A DNA stretch of 32,246 bases, taken from a virus (lineage: Duplodnaviria; Caudoviricetes). The notes under the pieces were generated by a model. The model saw only the letters and a program-made list of their open reading frames with translations, did not search any database and was not told the DNA's origin. Shown piece after piece: positions 7,014 to 15,215 of the stretch. The position numbers and the translations under genes are program-made. Positions within the stretch are counted from its first letter, which is position 1. Every line of letters starts with the position of its first letter. The DNA lies in the IMG/VR virus record IMGVR_UViG_3300029183_000023, positions 1-32,246 of that record; one strand, given 5' to 3'.

Positions 7014-7876
7014 ACCTCCTTGCCGGCACGTTCACGTTCAGGAAAATAGCCCTTCATGGTAACGTGAGCTCGTTCACGTTCACGATTCAGTTGCAATCGT
7101 TTGCGACAAGATGTCGTCGCCGATTTTTGTTTTTTGCCTTGCAAAGTCCGCCCACACCCACAGGGACAATCAGAAACGAGCGAGGGCCCGGCAAACTTCA
7201 CGGCCTCGGCCAAAATCAGGCCGATTTTCAACGGAACCCCATTGCCGACCGCCCGAAAACGTCCTTCGCGCGTCATACCTGGCAATTTGAGCGGTTGGTT
7301 TAAGCCCTGTCGTCGGCATTGTTCCGCAAAGGTTCGATGGCGGCTGGACGGCTTGGTTGTGATCGCTATCGGCTTGCGGCCTTTTCGCCGGGTTTGCACC
7401 TGGTCGTTCACACGAAATGGGCGGATGATCCAGCCGTTTTGATCGCCATATTGCACGTGCCGCGACCGCAGCTGCACACCCCCGCATTCCCAATCGGAAA
7501 TTGGAATTCGCTGTATTCCGTAGCCGGCGATTCGCACATCAGGACATGCCGGAACATTTTCGATAAGAAACCACGTCGGCTGACATTCGTTAACCACTCG
7601 CAACGTATGTTGCAGACATTCCCTGGAATTGACAACGCTTGGATGATTCGCGTTTTTCCTGTGAGAGTTCGCGCAGCTAAAACCCTGGCATGGGGGCCCG
7701 GCAATAATTCCCTCAAACCGACCAGGGATTCCAACATAATCGCGAATATCACAATCCCACAACTTGTCAGGACCTTTCACAATGACAAAACCCGCCGCAG
7801 CGAATGCACGGTCCAGCAGCCCAGCCCCAGGAAACAGGGAAAGCAGCAAATCCGGATGTTCACGTTTTGCGATCAC
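7004..7876 (-). CDS. DNA cytosine-5 methyltransferase with C-terminal Cys-rich extension
   Basis: Motifs LSLFPGAG, GPPCQGFS, ENV, QLRSR, VGNGVP; tail CPCGCG...SCRKR. Confidence 0.9.
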   Translation of the reverse strand: MIAKREHPDLLLSLFPGAGLLDRAFAAAGFVIVKGPDKLWDCDIRDYVGIPGRFEGIIAGPPCQGFSCANSHRKNANHPSVVNSRECLQHTLRVVNECQPTWFLIENVPACPDVRIAGYGIQRIPISDWECGGVQLRSRHVQYGDQNGWIIRPFRVNDQVQTRRKGRKPIAITTKPSSRHRTFAEQCRRQGLNQPLKLPGMTREGRFRAVGNGVPLKIGLILAEAVKFAGPSLVSDCPCGCGRTLQGKKQKSATTSCRKRLQLNRERERAHVTMKGYFPERERAGKEVCK

Positions 7877-8283
7877 CGATTGTCCTCCAAACGAAACGCG
7901 CCTGAATGATCAGAATCCGCCAGCAATGGCAAAATTTCCTCGGCAACAGTTCGATCCGTCGACGGGTTAACCGTATACGGCATGAATTCCGTTTCAAATT
8001 CGGTAATTCCAGCCTGGACAGAATCAACCTTCGCCTTAATGTTCAACAGCAAGGAACGCCACAGTGACCGTTCACGCTGTTTCGTGGTTCCCTTTTTGAA
8101 GCGCACCGAAAACCTGATCAGGCGTTTGTGTTGCAAGAATTCAACAACACTGACCTTGTCGCCATCTTCATCGGTAAACCATGAGCTGCGAAAACCACTG
8201 GCACCGTATTTGGTCAAAACTTTCTCGATATCTGACCGGGATTTTTCCGGATCAACTGTCGTGTTTTTTGCGTAGGTCGTCAT
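7873..8283 (-). CDS. Conserved phage hypothetical protein
   Basis: YAKNTTVDPEKSRSDIEKVLTKYGA-type N-terminus; start placed at MTTYAK. Confidence 0.7.
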   Translation of the reverse strand: MTTYAKNTTVDPEKSRSDIEKVLTKYGASGFRSSWFTDEDGDKVSVVEFLQHKRLIRFSVRFKKGTTKQRERSLWRSLLLNIKAKVDSVQAGITEFETEFMPYTVNPSTDRTVAEEILPLLADSDHSGAFRLEDNR

Positions 8284-8449
8284 CCTCATTATCCTTAATC
8301 GCGTCGTAAATTTCCTGGCGATGCACAGGAACCGTTTTCGGTGCCTCGATACCCAAGCGAACCTTGTCGCCTCGAATTGAAACAACAACCACTTTGACCT
8401 GGTCACCGATCATGATCGATTCGTTCTGGTGTCGGCTCAGTACTAACAT
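8252..8449 (-). CDS. csrA: Carbon storage regulator CsrA/RsmA homolog
   Basis: MLVLSRHQNESIMIGDQVKVVVVSIRGDKVRLGIEAPKTVPVHRQEIY with its own GGAG SD; the frame stays open 75 codons upstream to 8674. Confidence 0.92.
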   Translation of the reverse strand: MLVLSRHQNESIMIGDQVKVVVVSIRGDKVRLGIEAPKTVPVHRQEIYDAIKDNEDDDLRKKHDS

Positions 8450-8660
8450 CATCAACTCCGTTTCCAAAAATAGTAGCGACGCCGCCACCTGCAAAGTCAT
8501 GGCAACGTGCGCTTCCAATTTGCCGCGATCCGCCAGAATATCAACCAACTTGTACAGCTCGTTGAGACGCCTGGTAAATTGTTCGCTGGTCACAGCAGAA
8601 TCAAACATCAACTCGTCGATTGATTCAGCCAACGATTCAACGTCGTCAGCAGTAAGGCCA

Positions 8661-8858
8661 TCAATCACGCACATCTGGACCTCCCGAAATCAACAGAACA
8701 ACGAACAGAACAAAAAACAGAATGACAATAGCAAAAACCGTTGTTAAAGCTTCTACGGCCTGGCCAATCCGTTTCCAGAAACCAGGCGTCGGAATCTCCA
8801 GCCGTTCATCTTCTGAATGATCGTCTGGCCAACGCGGTTTAACCAGCAATGGAATCAT
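8661..8858 (-). CDS. Small membrane protein
   Basis: C-terminal TM helix; ATGA overlap with upstream stop. Confidence 0.6.
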   Translation of the reverse strand: MIPLLVKPRWPDDHSEDERLEIPTPGFWKRIGQAVEALTTVFAIVILFFVLFVVLLISGGPDVRD

Positions 8859-9115
8859 GATGGCCACCTGATAATTTGCAAATTCTCGATTGCCAGGGTT
8901 TCGTCAACGCGCGTCAAAATATCGTCGCCGACTTCACAGTGGCCGGCGCGTCCAATTTGGTCCACAATCAAACGGCATTCGAAATAATCGCGGCTTTCAA
9001 CTGCATTGATACAAGCTTTATAAAGTGGACCACTCAAATAACCGTCCGCAGCCCTGGCAAACTCGATCAGGCGTAGCAAGCGTTTGCATTGTTTTTTGGA
9101 TAGGCGAACAATCAT
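8855..9115 (-). CDS. Hypothetical protein
   Basis: 86 aa, coupled overlaps on both sides. Confidence 0.65.
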   Translation of the reverse strand: MIVRLSKKQCKRLLRLIEFARAADGYLSGPLYKACINAVESRDYFECRLIVDQIGRAGHCEVGDDILTRVDETLAIENLQIIRWPS

Positions 9116-9348
9116 GTCGACTTTGCCTGCGCTTCAATAAATTCACAGCCAGCCGTCATTGAAACGGTTGCAAAGTCGTTGATAGAAACGTCCTCGATTT
9201 TGGCGGCCGACTTAATACGCTTTGCCAGCTCAGGATTGACCCGAATAGTGAACGTGTGGCGCGCGTTTGTCGAACTGCCGTGGCGTTCGTTGTTAAAATC
9301 GTCGAACGCCTGTTTGACCGAATCCTGGTTTTTATTCTTCATCGTCAA
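9112..9348 (-). CDS. Ribbon-helix-helix DNA-binding protein (Arc/HicB-like)
   Basis: FTIRVNPELAKRIKSAAKIEDVSINDF matches the RHH consensus. Confidence 0.8.
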   Translation of the reverse strand: MTMKNKNQDSVKQAFDDFNNERHGSSTNARHTFTIRVNPELAKRIKSAAKIEDVSINDFATVSMTAGCEFIEAQAKST

Positions 9349-9658
9349 ACAACTCTCCTTGATCAGGTTCCATTGGCGAGTTTGGCTGAAACTGCAATTC
9401 GTTTTTAATCGTCGTATTCATCAGATATGGGGCCGCGCCTCTAACCGGTGTTTTTGACTTCACGCAGGTCGCAACAATCACTTGTTCAACGTCCTGGGGG
9501 TTTGGAGTCAAATCAACAACGATAGAAACCTGCCGTTTTTGTTTGACGCCTGGTCGTTCCAGGCAATCAGCTGTTGCCGCCGTGATCAAACGGTCGAACT
9601 CGTCAGCCAGGCCGCTGACCTTATGCAGGTTTTTGGCTTGGAATTTCGTCCTAGACAT
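9332..9658 (-). CDS. Conserved phage hypothetical protein
   Basis: Start placed at MSRTKF; the longer track start crosses a terminator hairpin. Confidence 0.65.
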   Translation of the reverse strand: MSRTKFQAKNLHKVSGLADEFDRLITAATADCLERPGVKQKRQVSIVVDLTPNPQDVEQVIVATCVKSKTPVRGAAPYLMNTTIKNELQFQPNSPMEPDQGELFDDEE

Positions 9659-9663
9659 TCCAC

Positions 9664-9700
9664 AAAAAAACGCGTCCAAGGGTGTAAACCCCAGGACGCG
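9664..9700 (-). terminator. Intrinsic terminator downstream of int
   Basis: CGCGUCCUGGGGU-UUAC-ACCCUUGGACGCG followed by U7. Confidence 0.75.
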
Positions 9701-9788
9701 CGTAAAAACAACGATCGGCAGCCGACAAGGCCACACACCTTGTTTTGATGGGTAATGAGTGAAACTGCCGACCGTATTTCGATAGATG

Positions 9789-9823
9789 AACTGACCTTCG
9801 GTGCAGAAGACCGAAGGTCAGTT
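9789..9823. promoter_or_regulatory. Perfect 14-bp inverted repeat with 7-bp spacer; second integrase core-type site
   Basis: AACTGACCTTCGGT-GCAGAAG-ACCGAAGGTCAGTT, with arms nearly identical to the attP core arms. Confidence 0.7.
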
Positions 9824-9830
9824 GCTGTCA

Positions 9831-10922
9831 TTATTCGCCGAACAAATGCGGTAATCGGACCAATGCAGCTGACCGCACGTCGCAATAACCAGCTGACGTG
9901 ATCGAAGGATCGGAATGACCCAACGTTGCCGTTGCCAGTTCCTGAGCCCGCTCGAAGCCCATCGCAGCCATTTGATCGTCGTGAAACCTTCGCCAGCCTT
10001 GAGGCGAAAACGTCCGCAGCTCGTCCAATTTGGCCGCCTGTTGCCAGTGTTTGTGATGCTTCACCAGCGTTGTATATCCCCAGGGCCAGGGAATCAGCTG
10101 TGAGCCCGTTCGAACCTTTCGTATGGCCGACAACAGCAAAGGGTGAACTGCCAATCGATCCAACTTCCCAGTCTTCACCGATCGAATATGCAGCCACCAT
10201 TGCCCAGGCTTTGATTGCACCAGGTTGTCGGGTTGCATTTCCAGCAAGGTCGTCGCTCGATGTCCAGTGTAAAACCAGAACGCAACAACAGCCCGACAAA
10301 TATCGCGGTAGCAAAGCGCCTTCGGCCATCGCCCACGTGATCGCACGTCCAGTGGCCGATGCGGAATCGCCTGAGCAATTGTCCGCGCCTCGGCCAGGCT
10401 CCACGAATCCTTCGGCCAGTCCGTTAGAGCATCCAGCCAAATCCACGGCACATTCTTCAATACGCCAGCCCGAACCAAATGCTTGTGAGGTTGGCCGGCT
10501 GCCTCCAGCACGATCATCAACTCTTCGACATGCCGAATTTGAGTATTGAAGGCCAGCAAACGCTTTTGGCCCTTCGGACCGCGCTGGAATGTTGCCTTTG
10601 ACAATCGCTGACGAAACTCGGCCAGGTTGGCTGAAGTGATTGACTTCAGTGGCGGGCCTTGCGGCAATCCTGGTGAAGCCATCAACCTGGACCACCATTT
10701 GACGGCGTCGCCGCGCCGCTGGAGTGTTTTGGTTGATGTTGGCTTTCGCCTGCGATCGGCGCGTTGCATTTCCGGGCCATACCACATCGTGAAGAATTGC
10801 AGGAGCGACAGTTCGCTCAACTCCTGTTTGGTCAAAAGCTCGGTAGCTGGTGAACACAACTGATCGAACAATTGATCGATATCGGCGGGACTCCCGCCAG
10901 GAAAACTGTTGATGGACATCAA
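9831..10922 (-). CDS. int: Tyrosine recombinase/phage integrase
   Basis: TGHR (R), KTG (K), QGWRR (HxxR variant), LGHS, C-terminal Y; GGAG SD; attP about 1.2 kb upstream. Confidence 0.9.
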   Translation of the reverse strand: MMSINSFPGGSPADIDQLFDQLCSPATELLTKQELSELSLLQFFTMWYGPEMQRADRRRKPTSTKTLQRRGDAVKWWSRLMASPGLPQGPPLKSITSANLAEFRQRLSKATFQRGPKGQKRLLAFNTQIRHVEELMIVLEAAGQPHKHLVRAGVLKNVPWIWLDALTDWPKDSWSLAEARTIAQAIPHRPLDVRSRGRWPKALCYRDICRAVVAFWFYTGHRATTLLEMQPDNLVQSKPGQWWLHIRSVKTGKLDRLAVHPLLLSAIRKVRTGSQLIPWPWGYTTLVKHHKHWQQAAKLDELRTFSPQGWRRFHDDQMAAMGFERAQELATATLGHSDPSITSAGYCDVRSAALVRLPHLFGE

Positions 10923-11117
10923 GTTCTCTCCGGCGCAAGGACAAAAGGTTTCGCACGTCCGTCGTCAGCCCTCGCGGCCAGCAAACATCCGTGGAAGTCT
11001 TCGGATCATCCGAAATAGGAAACGCCTTCTGCCTTGGGTGGAATCTAATTGCCGATTCCATTGCACCTGAAAGCGTCGTTTCATCACCATAACTGGAGCG
11101 AGTCCGTCCGCGATTAG

Positions 11118-11477
11118 TCACCTCGGAATCCCCCGTTGTTTTGATTGATTTGAGGATTTTTCCCTCAGGTCATCGTGAGTACTTTCCCCTATGGCATTGG
11201 TCGGTTTGTGTTTCGCCCATCGCAAAATGACGCCACCCAAATGAACAGGCGAAAGCCAATCGTTCGGGATCGAATTGCGTTGCGCGATCTTGCAAAATTC
11301 CGGCCAGTATGGATTCGCCTGGATGGAATCGCGAATTCGCTTGAATGACTTGTCGTGGTTTGACAGCGACAATTCGTACGCTTCCCGCGCGGTTTGTTTG
11401 ATTGCCGCGACTGCCAGGAACGTGCGATCCTGCCTGCACATCGAATCGAATTGCGGTGGCAACTCAAAAACGAACAT
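11118..11477 (-). CDS. Hypothetical protein
   Basis: GGAGG SD, 119 aa, first gene after the intergenic control region. Confidence 0.7.
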   Translation of the reverse strand: MFVFELPPQFDSMCRQDRTFLAVAAIKQTAREAYELSLSNHDKSFKRIRDSIQANPYWPEFCKIAQRNSIPNDWLSPVHLGGVILRWAKHKPTNAIGESTHDDLREKSSNQSKQRGIPR

Positions 11478-11671
11478 ATCTGCCTCCGTGGTTCATCCCC
11501 AGCGCAGCAACGAACACAATCGCGTGCAGTTCTGGAAATCTGTCTGGCGAGAAAGCCAGCAGCCGTTAGATGAGGCCCAGTTTTGAACCTTTACAGTCCA
11601 CAACCAGCGTCAATAATCAGATGCGTGGTTTTCTCTTGTCTCATGCCGGGTTAATCCAGCGAACGCGGTCC

Positions 11672-11722
11672 AACATAGCGAGCTAAAATGAGAATGCAAC
11701 CACTGCAAGCAGATTTTTTTTT
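11672..11722 (-). promoter_or_regulatory. Possible sigma70-type early promoter
   Basis: TTGCAT-16 nt-TATGTT on the minus strand with an upstream A-tract. Confidence 0.35.
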
Positions 11723-11770
11723 GAGGTTATTTTCTCCACATTTCTGCATTCATCATTGCCTCTCTGGAAC

Positions 11771-11806
11771 AAAAATACCCCGACCCGGTAACTAGCCGAG
11801 TCGAGG
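11771..11806 (-). terminator. Intrinsic terminator ending late (or integrated tRNA) transcription
   Basis: CCUCGACUCGG-CUAGUUA-CCGGGUCGGGG-UAUUUUU. Confidence 0.7.
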
Positions 11807-11873
11807 ATTTTGGTTCGATAACGCCATGTGTCAGCGACAAGAGAGTACTAACACAGTCGCAACGACCCTTGTT

Positions 11874-12080
11874 CTACAAATCTTCATTCACGACTGCAAA
11901 CCGAAGCGTCATATTAGAATGATCGAATTCTTCCAGCCTTATCGGCGTCGGTTCGCGTCCGTCTAGGTAAACGGAAAATAGAATTCCGGTTTCATCGCTG
12001 TATTCGTCGAAGTATTTTCGGAGCTCACTTAATGGTGTCGCTTCCTCAATTCCGTCGTTTTCTGATCTATGAAATGGCAT
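11874..12080 (-). CDS. Small acidic hypothetical protein next to attP
   Basis: 68 aa ORF with globular-looking composition. Confidence 0.5.
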   Translation of the reverse strand: MPFHRSENDGIEEATPLSELRKYFDEYSDETGILFSVYLDGREPTPIRLEEFDHSNMTLRFAVVNEDL

Positions 12081-12106
12081 GGTGAACCCATCAATACAAA
12101 TTGACT

Positions 12107-12195
<89 letters not shown>

Positions 12196-12203
12196 GGGCT
12201 TAA

Positions 12204-12908
12204 TTAAGATTCAACCGGGCTCGGCTCGTGGTATGTGGCAGCGAGATATTCACGTAATTTGGGCTCGAAGCCATGGCCATGGCCGATTATCGTGGCGGCC
12301 GGCCCCAGCTCAACTTCATCGGGCAGATTTGCCATCTTGAAGAATGGCGTCAGCGGCTCAGGTTTCTCAAAGTACGTATTGCCGTAAAGAATCTCAGGCA
12401 ACAGAGGCCTGTGATGCAAGTTGAAATCGTCGATGACCTGTTGCAGTTCAGCCTTCTTGAAAACGTGTGGACAATGCGAACCATAATCCCAGGTTGGCAA
12501 TTCGTGCTGATTCAGCTCCTGAAAAGTCGCAAATCGAATTTGCTGCCACGCCGTGTGTGGCGTTGGCGTCGGCGTGTACCGTTTGTCGGCTCGTGGATGA
12601 ACAAGTTCACTAAAGCTAACCGGCTTTAAGAATTGCTGGTCATCGTAAAACCATGCGAATTGATCGCTGACTAAATCAGAGTCGATGATCGTCTGTAATT
12701 TGTTGACGCAATCGACCCACTTTTGTCGGAACTGCTTTGAAACCCGAGGGCAGCGGATGAATTTTCCGCAATACCAGGGAGGCCGATCTCCAACCAGTAT
12801 GAGGTCGATCTTCTCGTCCGTGAAGCAATGCCAGGCCGATCGCATAGACCAGCGTAGTTCGTCGCTCGCGGCCCCGCCTGCCCAATAAACCCATACCAAT
12901 GATTTCAT
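12204..12908 (-). CDS. Stealth-family-like (hexose-1-phosphate transferase) protein
   Basis: ELRWSMRS...LVGDRPPW...SDQFAWFYDDQQFLKPV resembles Stealth CR2 (ELRYSLRS...FxxxNDDxF). Confidence 0.6.
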   Translation of the reverse strand: MKSLVWVYWAGGAASDELRWSMRSAWHCFTDEKIDLILVGDRPPWYCGKFIRCPRVSKQFRQKWVDCVNKLQTIIDSDLVSDQFAWFYDDQQFLKPVSFSELVHPRADKRYTPTPTPHTAWQQIRFATFQELNQHELPTWDYGSHCPHVFKKAELQQVIDDFNLHHRPLLPEILYGNTYFEKPEPLTPFFKMANLPDEVELGPAATIIGHGHGFEPKLREYLAATYHEPSPVES

Positions 12909-14101
12909 GACCCGCTCCCTGAATCAGGAACAACGGCCGATTCGTGAACCTGCCGAACATATTCAACAACCGTGAAGTGATCGACAACGGCATTCCAAAA
13001 CGTGTAGGTCAGCTGAGCGATTCCGCGATTTGCATATCCATACTCAATGCCCGCCCCAGGTTGGGCAGCTGCGACGCCAGCCGATCGATTAGGAGCGGTG
13101 TCCGTCAAAAGATTGCTGAGCGTGCCAAGGTGTTTGACATCGTATTTCCAGCTCACCGCGTTATCAGCATCGCCTCCCGAACCACTTGATTTGGTAACGT
13201 TCACAGGAACTGAATTGATTTGGCCTGGAGGCATTTGTTCCAAGTACACGAGATTAATGCCGGCGATTGTTCCGGACACAATCATTGACGTCGGATAGTC
13301 GGCAGCGGTCCAGGCTCCCAGGCCGTTGGGTTTCAAATACCTGAACGATGCAAACGCCGATGTGATATTGATCTCAGTCCAGCCCTGGACGATTGCCCAG
13401 CCGAATTCCCCATCATCAATTGCGTGTTGCAGAATCGCGACGTAGTCATCGCCATCGGCATAACCAGTCACTTCGGCATACGAACCGTGCAGGCCGACAC
13501 CAACTCCGTTTGCCGTTCCAGGAATCGACGGAAACGTTATGTTAACGGCACCTTTGTCTGCCAGGTTTTCGCCGGACGTGTTTTTGACTCGCAAAACGTT
13601 GGCATCCTGGCACAGATTGATCGCCAACTCCTGCAATCCGGTCGTGGTTGGATCAATTAGGAGAGGCCAGCCTGATTGATCGCTTCCAAATCCGTAGAAC
13701 GAATCCAGGCGACAATATTCATGACCGGGGTCTTGAACGTAAACGCGAGCTGGTGTTATGCCGCTGACAATTGCCTCAACGACTGACTCATCTGGTGAAG
13801 GCGCTTGCAAAACAGCAAATGGACGAATGTCGTTAATTAACGGAATCTGCTCGATTTCAAAAACTGGCCTGCCTGTTTTTAAGCTTGTCTCTTTTGCGAT
13901 CTTGAAGTTGACCGGCGTGTACCGTTGATATTTGGTGCCGGTTTTGTTTAGCAATCGCAGAGTTCTCGGCAAGGAAGCAACGTTTGGATTTTCACCCGGC
14001 CGCGAATTTGTCCTGGCTTTTTTGGTCACCGCGTTCCAAAACGCCTTGTCGGTTGGGATTGAATCGCCGGCCTTAACATCGCCGAAAGGATCTGGCATCA
14101 A
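12905..14101 (-). CDS. Minor tail / tail tip protein
   Basis: 398 aa, beta-rich, second large gene after the tape measure. Confidence 0.6.
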   Translation of the reverse strand: MMPDPFGDVKAGDSIPTDKAFWNAVTKKARTNSRPGENPNVASLPRTLRLLNKTGTKYQRYTPVNFKIAKETSLKTGRPVFEIEQIPLINDIRPFAVLQAPSPDESVVEAIVSGITPARVYVQDPGHEYCRLDSFYGFGSDQSGWPLLIDPTTTGLQELAINLCQDANVLRVKNTSGENLADKGAVNITFPSIPGTANGVGVGLHGSYAEVTGYADGDDYVAILQHAIDDGEFGWAIVQGWTEINITSAFASFRYLKPNGLGAWTAADYPTSMIVSGTIAGINLVYLEQMPPGQINSVPVNVTKSSGSGGDADNAVSWKYDVKHLGTLSNLLTDTAPNRSAGVAAAQPGAGIEYGYANRGIAQLTYTFWNAVVDHFTVVEYVRQVHESAVVPDSGSGS

Positions 14102-14109
14102 ATCAACCC

Positions 14110-14970
14110 TTAAACAGGAACGCCAAGTTGTGAGAAATCGCCTTCGTCAAACACCCGTTCGATGAACAAGCCAATCGGTTTGGCGATCACAAAGTCACCG
14201 ACTTCGCGTTGTTCCTGGTACACCCACGCCAGCTCCCAGCCTTTTTTGCTGATTCCCGTCCAGGTGCCATTGGCGACTGACAGATCGGTGACGTTTTTTG
14301 AGACCTTGAAATTGAACACAACGGTGTTGGCTTCATCTTCGTGTTTAACAGTTGCGCGATTCCCAACGAATAAAACTTCGCCAGCATCGCGACCGCGAAA
14401 TGCCGCGTCGTTTGTATGAGGTGGTTGCGCGAGCGCCTCCCAGGCTTGGATTGTTGGGTTGTCGATTACACCAGCCGGATATTCCATTTCGACAGAAAAG
14501 CTCGTTTCTGTGAATGCGATATCAGCTCCTTGAGGGACACCATCTTCGAGATTGATGGCGCCGCCAGTTGTTGGCAGCGATTCTCCAGAAACGACATGGG
14601 ATGCAATGGTTTCTTTTGAATGTGTGATTCGCCTGGTTGTTTCTGCGATGTCGAACGAATAGCTGATTTCGCGTGGCGTTGGATCGCCGCCTGAACTGCT
14701 TGAGCCACTCGAATTCTCAGGGAATTCAGGCCCTTTGTAGTACGCTGTTACCTCAAATGATCCGTCGCGCCCGTCTTCAAGTTCCTTTACGCTGAAGTAG
14801 TCCAGCAGATTGATGCCGTCGTTTTGAGGTAGGTTGCCGGCGGCATACGATTCGGCTTCATCCTTGTCTGTCGTACCCGTCAGTACGTATTTGAGCGTGG
14901 AGCGTCGCTCTTTTGCCTTTTGTTTGACGGTATCTTGCCCGCCCAGGTCGCGTTCAAATTCAATTTCCAT
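14110..14970 (-). CDS. Distal tail / baseplate-hub-like protein
   Basis: 286 aa, position after the tape measure. Confidence 0.6.
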   Translation of the reverse strand: MEIEFERDLGGQDTVKQKAKERRSTLKYVLTGTTDKDEAESYAAGNLPQNDGINLLDYFSVKELEDGRDGSFEVTAYYKGPEFPENSSGSSSSGGDPTPREISYSFDIAETTRRITHSKETIASHVVSGESLPTTGGAINLEDGVPQGADIAFTETSFSVEMEYPAGVIDNPTIQAWEALAQPPHTNDAAFRGRDAGEVLFVGNRATVKHEDEANTVVFNFKVSKNVTDLSVANGTWTGISKKGWELAWVYQEQREVGDFVIAKPIGLFIERVFDEGDFSQLGVPV

Positions 14971-14993
14971 GACACAATGATTGCATTTGGCAA

Positions 14994-15215
14994 TTATTCA
15001 GGCAGCTTTGATCGGTTGGATATAATCGACGGAGTTGTTTTGATTGATCGTACTTGCTTAGAAAGAACCGCGGCATCGTACCAGGAGAAACTGGTCGTTG
15101 GGTCAGCTGCCCAGGTTCCAAGTTGCCTGATCGCGCTATTCCTGGATGAGTCGTCGAAAACCACGGCGAACAGTTGACCGCCTTTTATGAGTTGGACTAC
15201 GTATGCGTGTGACAT
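14994..15215 (-). CDS. Small protein resembling a conserved Planctomycetota hypothetical family
   Basis: LIKGGQLFAVVFDD...LGTWAADPTTSFSWYDAAVLS motif recalled from planctomycete chromosomal proteins. Confidence 0.65.
   Translation of the reverse strand: MSHAYVVQLIKGGQLFAVVFDDSSRNSAIRQLGTWAADPTTSFSWYDAAVLSKQVRSIKTTPSIISNRSKLPE

Noticed and set aside
9831-10922. Integron integrase serving the attC array
   Set aside because: No IntI-specific insertion between the KTG and HxxR regions, about 4 kb from the array, and better explained by attP.
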